From contig MU271507.1 in assembly GCA_021432655.1 (NCBI GenBank), positions 1 to 33,382 on the forward strand: a stretch of 33,382 nt of DNA, read 5' to 3'. The notes beneath the pieces are model-generated. The model was not told the origin of the DNA and searched no databases. It worked only from the letters and a program-made list of their open reading frames with translations. This DNA comes from Atractiella rhizophila. Lineage: Eukaryota. The position numbers and the translations under genes are program-made. Every line of letters starts with the position of its first letter. The stretch's first letter is position 1. Below are positions 22,108 to 33,382 of the stretch, piece by piece.

Positions 22108-23005
22108 GTACAGAGTATTAGCTGAGAGGTAGATAGATGATAGATGCTCGTCGAGAATAGCACAAGAAGGAGAGTGAGTGGTCGGTGTAAAATTGGATGC
22201 CGTCCGCCGGAACGCCGTGCACACACCACGTGACATCACGCGACAGCACATCATAACTCCTGCTAACTCTATATTTTTATTTCGACAAGTGTATATATCC
22301 TTGAGGCCAGTCTTGAGGCAGAAGAGGGCTAGAGAAGGAGGCTGTCGATAAATATACTATACATTGCTCCTGTTCCTGCCTTGTTCCCAGTTGCTGCTCC
22401 CTGTCATGGTCAAGATGGGTTACAGGCTCCAAATCCGCTGCGTTCATGGGATGATAACACGCTCTCTCTTGGACTCAGGCTGAAGGTGAAATACTTGATA
22501 AAAGCGAAGCAGGCAGTGGTCTTGAAGGTTCCATTCGCGAGAGCGTTCAACAGCACCACGGAAGTAACGCTCGCACGAGCGGGGTATCTAATTCCAGTAC
22601 GCTCATCTATCTACCCCCTGACTGCTCGACTAACGAGTCTCCACTACCTTTCCCAGCCTTTTCCCAGTCTTCTCCGCTTGATATTTGACACACCTTCAAG
22701 TGGTTGTGCGCCAAGCCTCGATCCCGTCAACACGTTTATTTTGGGCTCTACCTTGCTCATGGAGGCATCCCTCGAACGAGAGAAGAAGGACGGATTATAC
22801 GGCTGCTCCGGACAGTACGCTTCCTTAACTCGCTACGTCGTGGGACAGAATCTGCAGGTGTTCAAACGTTCTCGTAGGTACGGGAGAGGGGAAGTCTTGC
22901 CTGCTCCTCGCCAGCAGTTAAAAAGAGATGACCCTGGCATCATGATCAATCACCATCCAACGCTTCGTACAGTAGAGGACGTACACCTACTCAAGGCAAG
23001 AACAG

Positions 23006-24176
23006 ATGTCCTCCAACTCCACCACTTCGTCAATCTTGGGAGGCTATCCGACGCACGACCCAGACACAACCGCGTCAGCAGCCTACGCCATCGGCTACGG
23101 ACTCCTCTTTCCCTTCGCCGTGTACCGATTCATCAGACGGGAATCCAGGAGCAAATACTACATCGTCGCGAGCGCCTTCATCCTCATCCGAATAGCCAGC
23201 TTCGTCATCCGAATCATCATCGCGGAGCATGACCGCAAAGAATCGACAGGCATCGTCGTCGCCGAACAGGTCTTGCTCTCCACCGGATATTTGGGCCTTA
23301 TAGGAATATTTATCGACCTTTTCTTTCGGGTGCGCATACTCGTCGACTATTTTACATGAAAAAACAGACTGAGAGGGAGAAATTGTAGTATAAACTTGTC
23401 GGCGTGGTGCAAGCTTCTGCCAAACCGAAGGACGTGTTGCTTCCCATTTTGGGAGATGGCGGACCGCAAGTAAGCCTATTGAATGTTGCATGATGACTAG
23501 GATAGGACTGAATATTGTCAGTACCAACTAGTCGACGATGATTCAGCAGCGAGCAATAGCAAGGACTTCTACAGGCGAGCCGTGGGTTGGGTAGCGACGC
23601 AGTCGATTCAGCTCGCCATCATTTTCTCCATCATCGCCGCTACGAAATACGATAAACCAGAGGACCAAGATACTGTCAAAACACTGCGGTACGCTTTACC
23701 ATCGTCCTAACGCTACCTTGACGACGGCGTGTTGTAGTACCCTATCCTCTGTCATAGTGTTGTTGGATTTAGTTTTCGTCCTCCTTCTCATCCTCGCTCT
23801 CCTAGTCGTCATGTCTACCAAGAAGCTGTACGGTTCAAGAACATCGACCATCGTCATCTTCATAGGAACAGGACTTCTCGTGCGTAATCCCTGCCCATCC
23901 GGGAATGAAACCTGACTGAATGCAAAGCTCGTCATACCCGCTTATCGATTGGTGACGGGGAGCAACACTGACATATTTTCAAAGACGGCCAAGATCGAGT
24001 TTTACCTGTTGCAGCTCCTCCCGGAATTTCTTACGACGGTTCTGGTTGTGCTGTGCAAGCTGAAGGAGATGTTTGGAATGCAGAAGGTTGATGAGGAGGA
24101 AAAGGAGAGGATGAAGCGTAAATATCCTCATGGAAGAAACAGGATTGTCAAATTGCTCGGTGCAGGATACTTCTAG
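23006..24176 (+). CDS. RTA1-like fungal multi-pass (about 7 TM) membrane protein
   Basis: N-terminal LGGYPTHDPDTTASAAYAIGY, FILIRIASFVIR, AEQVLLSTGY and a terminal FYLLQLLPEFL helix. Alternating hydrophobic segments across several short introns. Confidence 0.7.
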
Positions 24177-25187
24177 AGTTAATTTTCTGTATGTGCAATA
24201 CATTCTTTGTTGTCAATGTATTGGTTTTCGTTGAAGTCCTACTCCATCACAACGTGGCGCTCAATGCTTGAATATTAGAACTCCAAGTCACCTGGATCAT
24301 GATGTATACTTATAGGAGTAGCTTTTTACCTACCCGTTGACTCTCTTTGCATTCAACTCAAGCAAAAGATGCGTGAACGTGCGCACTAGTACTTGGTACA
24401 CATTGGTCCGCTGTTCATCAACGATAAGTTTGCTCTTGCCTTGCCGACTGGCTGGTAGAATGCTTTGAATAGAGTTTGCGAAAATCCTTCTCTGTACTAA
24501 AAGTTATCCTGATCATGAAGTTTCGTGAGAGAGTAATTCGATTGCAAGGGATGTGGGCTGAAATCAGTCCTTCTTGCTATTCGACCCCGGCAGGTGAACG
24601 AGTTCTTTCCTCCTGCACTCCAAGGTCCGAAAGATGATTCCTATCGACACCATTCCAGCTGGTATTCCCAAGCGGGAAGAGGGAGCGGGGATCAAGGAAG
24701 AGATTGAGTAATTAGCGATAAAGCGTAAATGCGAGCTGAATACTTGCAATACTCTAGCCCTACTCCCTACTTACAACGAAATCGGTGTGCGGGCTCAGGG
24801 ACGGATTGATTATATGATGCGGGGTGGTCCCGCTCGACAACCCACCTTTATAATCGACATATTTTACCTGCCCGGCTGACAATCATACCTGCAAATGGCA
24901 AGCTCCACTTTAACATACAGAACATCAAACAAACGGTGGCATTCTAATGCTGAAGAAGTTCAACATCCTAACAGTGAGCCACGAAAGTCTAACATCGGCC
25001 TAGATAGCACCAACTGTGATTAGGGACTGGGGAGCGAGCAAGTCGCGGAAACCTTGGAATCTAGATTCAAAATGTTCAACCAATCCACATATAACGGCTA
25101 GACAATTCGTTTCAAAATAAAAGTGTCACCAAACCGTTTTTCGCGAAACACTTTCGGAAAGATCTTGAACCTGAGGCTTGAGAAACA

Positions 25188-25742
25188 ATGACCAAAAACA
25201 AACTAAATAAATCAGACTATCGTCCTCCTTTGCCTCGCGGATCAGCCTGTTTAGTTGACATCCCTTCCTCTTCTCTTGTCTCCGCTAAAACTGTGGATAG
25301 AACTGTAGGAAGCGCAAAATAGCCTGCGATGGAGCACAACCTAGCTGTACACCTTGTCAAAAGGGTCAAAAGACTCAAGGTTATGCTCCTATCAGCTGCT
25401 CGTATGATTCGCTCGCTGCCAAGTAAAAACTCCGGACGAGAGGCTCACAAGCATGGAAGAGCGTATCGGTGAGACCGCTTCTTGCGCTCAGCCGAAGGGT
25501 GGTGATCTTCAACTTTAACAGCGTCTTTAGAAGTGACGATGCGAGAGCAAGAGGACCTCATTCACAGGCTCAACTTGCTAAAGTCATCAAATCCGTCTAT
25601 TCTCACAAGTTTGAGTATCGTAATCACACTTCAGCGGAATTTACAGAAGAGGAGAGAAGGGTGTTGCAGGCCACCGGTATTGTCAATATGGATGGAAATC
25701 TTTTGGTGGATCCTCAGGTATTGTCAGCCTAAAATCCCGTAG
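25188..25742 (+). pseudogene. Zn(II)2Cys6 binuclear-cluster transcription factor gene, frameshifted just after the DNA-binding domain
   Basis: Exon 25188-25253, intron 25254-25300, exon from 25301 give MTKNKLNKSDYRPPLPRGSACLNCRKRKIACDGAQPSCTPCQKGQKTQGYAPISCSYDSLAAK* (stop 25424-25426). A coiled-coil-like KTPDERLTSMEERI|ASLEVTMREQEDLIHRL follows in the -1 frame. The 3' end is uncertain. Confidence 0.8.
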
Positions 25743-26191
25743 GTCTCCTGCATTGCGGGATTTTTGGTTCTCATTGTATTGTCAGCAAACCTCAATCGTG
25801 GAGAACAAATTGCTTTTCACGGAATTGGCACAAAGAGCAACAATTCCATCTAAACACAAGGAATATCGAACGTTGAAGCATAAAAGCACTCGAGTCCTTT
25901 AACTTTTGAGCCCTTGCCAGCCATGAATGGCTTGAACGTATGCCCATGCAATGATAGCTATCAGATCGTTACTGTAAACTCGTGAATAGCACTTTGAGCG
26001 TTATTTGACAATCACAGAGCCGAATTACTTCTCAATAGTTGGGAAGTATTCAACATCATCTCCTCCAATACCACCCGGGGTAATACGAGAGCTATGAGAC
26101 AGCAAAGGAGGACCAACTCGACTCAGAAGAGAAGATGCTCACGTTTCGCTCTACACCAGACGAACGATGGTGTCGTTGAAACAGGACCAAC

Positions 26192-26319
26192 TATACCCAA
26201 GAGCCGGGCTGGACTACTCTCTCCTGAAGTCCAAGCCAACGGTTAACGCGGCTCCTCTAGAGGTGGGCAACGGTAATGTGGAGGCCTATGTGCGACCCTT
26301 GTGAATAAGAAGGATATTG
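26192..26319 (+). repeat. Degenerate duplicate of the first exon region of the downstream patatin lipase gene (26851-27012)
   Basis: Shared collinear blocks TATACCCA, AAGAGC..GCTGGACTAC.CTCT.C.GAAGTCCAA.CCAA, TATGTGCGACC and GTGAA.AAG.AGGATAT. The copy lacks the ATG-containing stretch and has an in-frame TAA. Confidence 0.85.
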
Positions 26320-26864
26320 GGTTTTCCTCAGAGTCGGTGTGTTACGATGATGTTAAACCTAATTCGAATTTTGCCGAAATGCACCAAAGTCCTTTAGTTT
26401 GTTCTCGCGTGGGGCATCGTTCTCAAGAGGAACTCGAGATTCTGACTATCCAAATGACAGAATGGCTGGCAACAGCTCGCTCTGAGCCCAATTTCACTTT
26501 TGGACAATTAGTCATAAAAGATAAAGCTACCAAGCTTCACGCTCATGCTGATACCTTGTTCTTGAGACAGAAAAATTGATCCCATAGCTGGAAGATATTC
26601 AATATAATGTATTCTCAGCAATGCGAGAACATGGGGAGATGTTTCTGTATTAACAATAGATGCTCACATAGGAACCATACTCAAATTGAAGAGCGCCGCA
26701 CTAGTAGACCCCAGGATCCCACATCACCATTTTCATTTCTCTCTGTAACCCAGACATGTCCCAGACGCAGTACGTACGCGAGAGGAACGATGACGTTTGC
26801 CCACAATCCCAGCCAACCACATTGCCACAACAACTTCCCGCGTGAACGTATATACCCATAAATT

Positions 26865-29800
26865 ATGCTTAACCGTCTCAAGAGCTCAGCTGGACTACGC
26901 TCTGCCGAAGTCCAAACCAATGGATCTCGTTCAGAAGTGGGGGATGACAACGGGGAGACGTATGTGCGACCGCCTGAGTTTGATATGGATTTCGTGAACA
27001 AGGAGGATATCGAGGTATTTAGAAAGGTGTGCATTCCTTTGGAAGTAATCCCGAGATTGGGAGCGAGTTCTTGTTACTGCGACCATGTTTGCTGCTTTGC
27101 CCTGCCAATCGTATGCTTCATAGGAAGCTACCTTCCTGCCGTCAATAATGACGCTTTGAAGGTTGCAAGCCTTCTTCTAACAAAGCAGAGACCTGAAATG
27201 ATAGTATGTACGCAATTGTACAAATCATCAACGATTTGAGTAGGTGTCCTGATAGATAGTCAGTTCTAAACGAATGCGCAGACCTCGATTATAAGCCCAA
27301 CTGCTTTATATAAGAGAGAGTCTTGATGCTGATGGCAATGTTCCTACCTCAGGCACTTTCCGTGACAGAACCTGAACCTTCGATCTATCCCCTAACACCG
27401 CGAGAGCGGCGAGTTCAGCATATCTCAGCGGTCTCTGATTTTGCGCCCATAAATCAGAAGGTGTCAAAGAAACGGTGAGTTTTGAGCTTTCAATATTTCC
27501 ACTCCACTGATGCCTCACAACAGCTCAAAAATGCAACGAGTAAGTCCATTCAACTCTAAGCACAAACTAAATCAAATGGTTTTGGTTCCACAGGACGTAG
27601 TTCGTGAAGGATGGGCGTATCCCATTGCTCGATGGCCGTTGATCTTCTTCATTGGCCTTTTCGTTGTTCTTCAATTTTTCTCCTATATCTTGGTGCGGCA
27701 GTTAGTCAACATTATTGAATATTTTAGTGCTTGTACGTCTAATCGTTGCGCCGTTCCCGTTCTCATTACTGAAGTGTTGCACAGGGAGAGGATATCGTGG
27801 CCTGTTACGGTTGCGTTTACGGAAGGCACCTACTTACGATAAATGGAAAGGTTCGTTGTGCCTGACGTATGCCTTGGTAAGAAGTCATTAAACCTTACAC
27901 AGAATGCGCCTTGGATCTAGATCGACACCTTGGCTTGGAGGAGTGGAAGAAGAGCGACGAGAACAGCTATTATGATTGGTCACTATTGCGAAAAATATTT
28001 GAGAATCTTCGGGAACTGGTTGGTTATTCTGGTCAGTGATGGTCAGTGAGCTCAAGAGAAGGTTAGAGAGAACGTGGTGATTACGATGGCGTCCGTTCAG
28101 TCCTAGAAATCTGTCTCCGCTCCAACTTCGCGGGCACAGGTTCGTCCTTCCGATTTTGAACACAGAGACCTAAAGCCCCCCTGTAGAAAGCTTTCGTCTA
28201 TACGCAGAGACACATTTGGGTTCGAAAAATCTGCTCGAACGCTATGTAGACGAAGGCGTGCTTCATTTCGTTTTCTGGTATTCGATGCTTATGATAGCGG
28301 TAGTTGAGAAAAGCGTTACCTTCATTCGCAATGCCCCCACTGACCGGATGTCGACGGAAGAGAAAGCTAGCTTTTTCAAATATGCATCCAAAAACTATGG
28401 ACGGACTGCACTTTGCCTTTCCGGCGGTGCCAGCTTTGGATATTATCACTTTGGCGTCCTGCGAGCAATGTTGGATGCTGGACTCCTCCCTCAAGTCATC
28501 AGTGGTACCAGTGCGGGAGGGTTGGTAGTGCGTGACTTTGTTTTGGCGTGACCGGTGGATAATCATGAATGATTGGTGAACAGGCTGCTTTTGCCTGCTG
28601 CTATAAAGAGGATGAATTGAAGCGACTCCTGATACCCGTAAGCCCCTTTTTTGTCTGTAGTCTAGTCAGAATTCTCATCCATAAATATAGGAGGTGGCGG
28701 AGAAGATTACTGCATGCTCTGATTCATTCAAGGTCAAATCATTTCCCACTGCCCATCCCTCAGAAAACTTATCCGTGGTGTAGGTCTGGTACGCTCGGTA
28801 TCGTAAAACTGGCGCCAGGTTGATACTTTCGCCTCCGACGAAAAAATTGCTAATTAAGAAACAGGTTTGATCCGGTTGAATGGGCTGAGAAGTGTGAGGT
28901 TCTTCCCGAAAAGATTACGCATCTGACAATGAAGAAGGTTCTTTCTGGACACACGTTTGTTGCTTGCTGATGTCTTCACATGGCTGCTTAATTTACGCAA
29001 ACAGGGAAACACTACCTTCAAAGAGGCATTTGAGCGGACTGGAAAGATCCTCAATATCTCAGTGGTCCCAGCTGATCCCCATTCGCCGACGAAACTTCTA
29101 AACTACCTTACGAGTCCCAATGTGATCATTGCTACTGCTGCAATCGCCAGTGCTGCTGTCCCAGGTACGCCCAAAGCCCGACTGTTGCTTTTCTCTAATG
29201 TCCTTTCCATAGGCATCCTGCCGCCAGTGGTACTGCTTGAGAAAGATCGAAACGGGAAGGCACGACCCTACGAATTTCATTCCAAGCACAGGGATGGCAG
29301 TTTGCGTGTAGACATTCCACTGAGTACGTGCGCAGCTCAAAGGCATTTCTAAACTCATATAATCGCAGAATCGTTACATCTGCTCTACAATGTCAACTAC
29401 TCTATCGTGTCCCAAGTCAACCCACATGTTCACCTTTTTTTCTTTCAACCTGTAAGTTGTGTTTGTTACGATAATTACCAGCTAACAGCGAAATACAGAG
29501 AGGGAGTGCTGGCAAACCGGTTGCTCACCGCAAAGGTAAAGGATGGCGGTAGGTTTACATCATTGCTGCAGACAGCTCGTGCTGAACGCGCCATGTAGTG
29601 GAGGATTCTTCCTAAGTGCTGCCGAACAGCTGCTGAAAATCGAAATAGCCAAGAACTTTCGTGTATGCCGGCAGTCCGCATTTGATGTGCTTTGTATAAT
29701 GAGTGGGAACAGATTATTCGAGATCTCGAACTTTTGCCAGAGGTTGGCGGTATGGATCTCGCCGCTGCATTCTTGCAGAAATTCGAAGGTACAGTCACCT

Positions 29801-30487
29801 TGACACCGAAGAGTCGACGTATGTATCTGTCCCTTCTTGCGTTGATAGACAAGTGACAATTAGACAGTGTGGGATTGGGTGCGCATACTGGATGATCCCG
29901 ATCCGAAGGTCCGTACAATATTCCTTGTGTTGTTGGCCCTGAAAGCTATCACAGGAGCTTGCGCGGATGATAGACGTTGGCCAACGTGCGACTTGGCCGA
30001 AGCTGCATATGATTGAAAATCGGATGAGGTGAGCACTCCTGCCCGTACGCTATTGTCGCTGACAATAATGTTTTCAAGGATCGAGAAACAGATTGAGCTA
30101 GGAAGAACGGAGAACCGACGCGGCAAGAGTCTTGTTCATGACAGGATTCTTCCCAACATCGATGGCGCGAACGGTAGTGGATCTGAACTTGACCCGTTGC
30201 GGGCGATGTCCGCAGTCGAAAGCACGACGACTCCAGAGAGCGACGAGAAAGCTGGAGAGAAAGAAAACGGAAACAAGAAGAGGAAAAATCCTTTCTCGCC
30301 AAAGTCATTGAGACGACAAAAGGCTTTGTCACGATTGGGGATGAGGAGGACCTCTGATCATATGATCAATATTGAGGCTGGGGGCGAAGCTAGACTAGGA
30401 GAGGGAGGAACCAAGTTTCCTGATATTTTGTCAGAAACTGAGGCGGAGGACGGCCGATCTGAACAAAGGTCGGGAAATGCTCGGTAG
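26865..30487 (+). CDS. Patatin-like phospholipase / triacylglycerol lipase (Tgl3/4/5-like), many introns
   Basis: YGRTALCLSGGASFGYYHFGV (oxyanion region), ISGTSAGG (GxSxG serine), TFKEAFERTGKILNISV, LLNYLTSPNV...ASAAVPG, RDGSLRVDIP (catalytic Asp) and VSQVNPHV. N-terminal ISAVSDFAPINQKV and a TM segment. Confidence 0.93.
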
Positions 30488-30677
30488 CTTCCACGTTACC
30501 TTTGAAATCAAAGTAACACTTATACTTCTTGTGTCCATCGGACCTTCCATGTAGATATTAGACGAATATACCCTGCTTCTCATGTATATAGAAAGCTCCG
30601 GATTTTCTCAATAGGGATTGTGAACACCGTTAAATGCTAGACATCAGTAGCGTGTCTTCTGAAACAAGCATGCATTG

Positions 30678-31754
30678 TCACAGGTCAGGACTGGGGGGAA
30701 GCTCGAACTTCAAGCTGTCCCTATCGTCACTGGTTATCCTTGCCCATTCCAGGACAACTCGGTACTAAACGAAACTGTTTGTCTAGATGTAAACAGGATG
30801 GGAAGGCGCACAGTATACAACATCATTTCAACTCTCCCCATGCATTGATTCGCAAATTCTTGTCCGTTTTGAGCGATCTGCACCAAGCCTCCTTCACTGC
30901 TCCGTTCGAACTAAATAGAGGGTAAGAAGTACGTACGCGCTCAAGTTCTTCGTCATGAGAGAGTGAAGCGGCTATGTTACGATGAAATCCTAGAGCTGAA
31001 GTACCGAAGAAGTAGAGCAGGATATTGTGTACTGTTCCACCCCAATCTGACAATACTGAATGACAGAGCTTGAGGACATACCCTCCGCTAATTTCAAGCT
31101 CAGTGGTATATAATGGACCCAAGCTATCGCACCTTTAAGTCATAAATCCTGGAGGGGGATAGATCGAAAGACTGACGTATAAGAAGTTCATCCATCGCCT
31201 CCCTAAACATCCTCGTCTTCATCACCGCACTACTGCTCTTCAACAAAGACCGAAGCCTTCCGCTGAAGGCGACTCCATCACCATCCCAAACGACCTTGAA
31301 CCGATAAGCAGTTTTAAAATCCCTCCATCCGGAGAATCGGAAGCTCTCCTCCTCTCTTTGGGCAGCCAAGGATTCTTCTTCTCCATGTACGTCTGTGCCG
31401 GTCAGAGCTACGTCGGCCAGAGTGTTCAAAATGTCGATTGGGAGAGAAAGCGCTCGTACGGTAGTTGTGTTTTGGCTTGTGGTAGAATGGAAAGGGAGAA
31501 GTACGGTATTTTCTGTAGTCGGGGAGATGGTGTTGAGCAAGGAGACGAAGCGTTGACGGACCCATCCTCGATATGTATGACCTATCGAGCGACCTCCAGT
31601 CCCTGTACCCGTCCAATATACTTTAGATGACTTCTCTTCCCATGTGACGTCGTCCTTTCCAAAATTTACGAATCAACGCAGTCGATTAAGTGAGAGGGAG
31701 GCGACAAACCGATGGATTATACGGACTGTTGTCGTTCCAATACCACGCCGGTGG
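30678..31754 (-). CDS. Glycosyltransferase family 90 (CAP10/Cxt1-like), C-terminal half only; 5' exons not found in the window
   Basis: Spliced: PPAWYWNDNSPYNPS|DDVTWEEKSSKVYWTGTGTGG...RQRFV, YRFKVVWDGDGVAFSGRLRSLLKSSSAVMKTRMFREAMDELLIPWVHYIPLS, IAQNGQEFA...YRVVLEWARITSDDRD. Stop TGA at 30678-30680. Confidence 0.88.
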
Positions 31755-33382
31755 CTAATGCCTATCTCTCAGCTTTCTGGTAACTCAGTGAGACAGCAGG
31801 TAATAAGAAGTCCAACACCCTAGTGGCTTGTAGAGCTGCGCTACCTGCTCCTCGAGAAGAAGACCGTCCGTTTACCAAGCTACCTGTCCTCGTGCGTGGC
31901 CACCTTACTAGAGTCACGCCCCACTTAAGCCTTAGTGACACGAGCTTACTCTACATAGTATACAATGTATTTGTCTTGGTACATGATCGAAAATAATACA
32001 ACATTAAAAACAACAGAACCAACAGCATTACATATTACATCATGGTCGGGCGGTGCGTGGGGTAACGTGTATAAGATGTTACGGGGTTTAACCCTTACGT
32101 TGGGGTTATTAAAACCTTAATACTTAGAGAGAAAAGTAAGTTTGGTTGAGTGTTAAAATCGCAACACTTAGAACTGAAGGACAAAACCTTTTGTCACAGT
32201 ACTTACGACTTTGCTGACTTTAGTACAAGTTCTTCGCTTTGCACGAAGACAATAAAAATAAGGAAAAGAGTTGCAATACCCCAATAAAAGCGGAACTCGT
32301 TGCACTCTCGCTTAAATTGTCCGGTAGGTTAGCTAAAGCACCCAGTTAGGTTTGGCAAGCGTGACCTGACTAACCCTGTGGTCGAGGAGGCAAGGCGAAA
32401 AAGACTCATGTCTCTGGTCAAAGGAAAGGGTGTACACGTAGGTAGTTAGAGAGTTCGTATGGTGCTTATATAAAGGCGAGTGCCGGCGGGCGGTGGGGGG
32501 ATGAAGCTGGTCACCGTGAAGGAGGTGCCCGCGGAGAGGGTTACAGCGTGGCGAGGTAAAGCGAGGGAGGTACGTTCGGAGGAGGGGAAAGAGAGAAATT
32601 GAGGTAGGCTTCATGCTCGTGCGGTCCTCGACGACGAGCCTTTCTTGCTGTACCCTGCACACGCGCGCTCCTTGCCTTCTCAGCATGGAACCCTCCTCTA
32701 CCTACGTTACCTTGCGCCTACCCTGAGACCTGGATCCTCTCGGCACCTCTTGTACGACTGTTACCGAGTCCCTAAACCACGTTGATAAGGACTGCAGCTG
32801 GAGAAACACTTACGATACCTACTTGGTTTCCAGTAGCATGGCACCCTCTTTTACCTTCTCTATGAGGTTCCATGCGAAGCAGTAGAACTGGGCGAACAAG
32901 ATGTGCAAATACTACCTGGGTAGCCGAATAGGTTGGGCAGTCACTAATAGTTTCGAAGAGGCAGTATTTGTTGTGCAGCAAGTTTCTTGCTTCGAACCTC
33001 CAACGCCTAACGAGAGTGTAGACGTAACGACCGACTGATAAGTAGAACGTCCGTTCAAATGCGGCGAGTGGAGGAAACTTAAGGTCCTGGTGCCGGCGAG
33101 GCCGGAGGAACGGATGCTGCAGGACAACGGATGGACAAGAGGTTTGAGAGCGCGTTCCGTTCGACCACAGGGACGGGGGAGGTTGAAAAGGAGGTATGGG
33201 TGGAAGCGTCTACTCAGCCTTTGAAAATAGTGAAGGCTAAGCCTGACCACGCTCGCTGGTCTAATATCCCTGGAGGTACGGAAGAAGGAGGTAGGAGAGA
33301 GGACCCCTATATGGTGGCTTGAGCAGGGATATAAGAGTCGGTCGTTCGACCTGCCTAAGCGACTATAAAACTAGCACCCGGA
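31755..33382 (+). other. Degenerate TpA-rich segment with stop-interrupted + strand reading frames (mutated repeat/transposon-derived or pseudogene DNA)
   Basis: Frames such as FGKRDLTNPVVEEARRKRLMSLVKGKGVHVGS*RVRMVLI*RRVP... and VEET*GPGAGEAGG...EDPYMVA*AGI*ES are broken by TAA/TAG/TGA codons. Hand count in 32701-32880 gives 13 TpA vs 6 ApT. No transposase motif recognised. Confidence 0.5.

Noticed and set aside
22381..23232. 283-aa + strand ORF overlapping the RTA1-like gene
   Set aside because: Non-ATG start, no recognisable motif, and overlaps the better-supported 23006 gene out of frame.
1377..31754. GH95, GH5 and GT90 as a carbohydrate-utilisation gene cluster
   Set aside because: They are separated by unrelated housekeeping genes (VTT protein, MSS4, lipase) and act on unrelated substrates; no evidence of co-regulation.
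32083..32109. TAACCC/GGGTTA telomere-like words forming a small inverted repeat
   Set aside because: Single units only, not a tandem telomeric tract.

Overview
Eukaryotic, intron-dense fungal DNA with mostly ~45-60 nt GT-AG introns, most likely from a basidiomycete. The supplied ORF track therefore shows only exon fragments and antisense shadows. Manual splicing gives, in order: the 3' part of a multi-TM membrane protein gene; a secreted GH95 alpha-L-fucosidase (-); a TMEM41/TVP38-like VTT-domain protein; a secreted GH5 beta-glucanase (GH5_15/beta-1,6-like) with an extra N-terminal Cys-rich domain; an intronless low-complexity ORF; the PI4P 5-kinase MSS4 (-); an RTA1-like membrane protein; a frameshifted Zn2Cys6 transcription-factor gene absent from the ORF track; a patatin-like TAG lipase; and a GT90 glycosyltransferase (-) that breaks off at a TpA-rich, stop-riddled segment running to the window end. 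The best candidate for something new is the prepro/Cys-rich-domain/GH5 fusion, which also has an internal Cys-flanked double-KR loop and resembles toxin/effector + wall-hydrolase fusions. All family assignments are by motif recognition from memory, without database searches, and exon boundaries are hand-derived.
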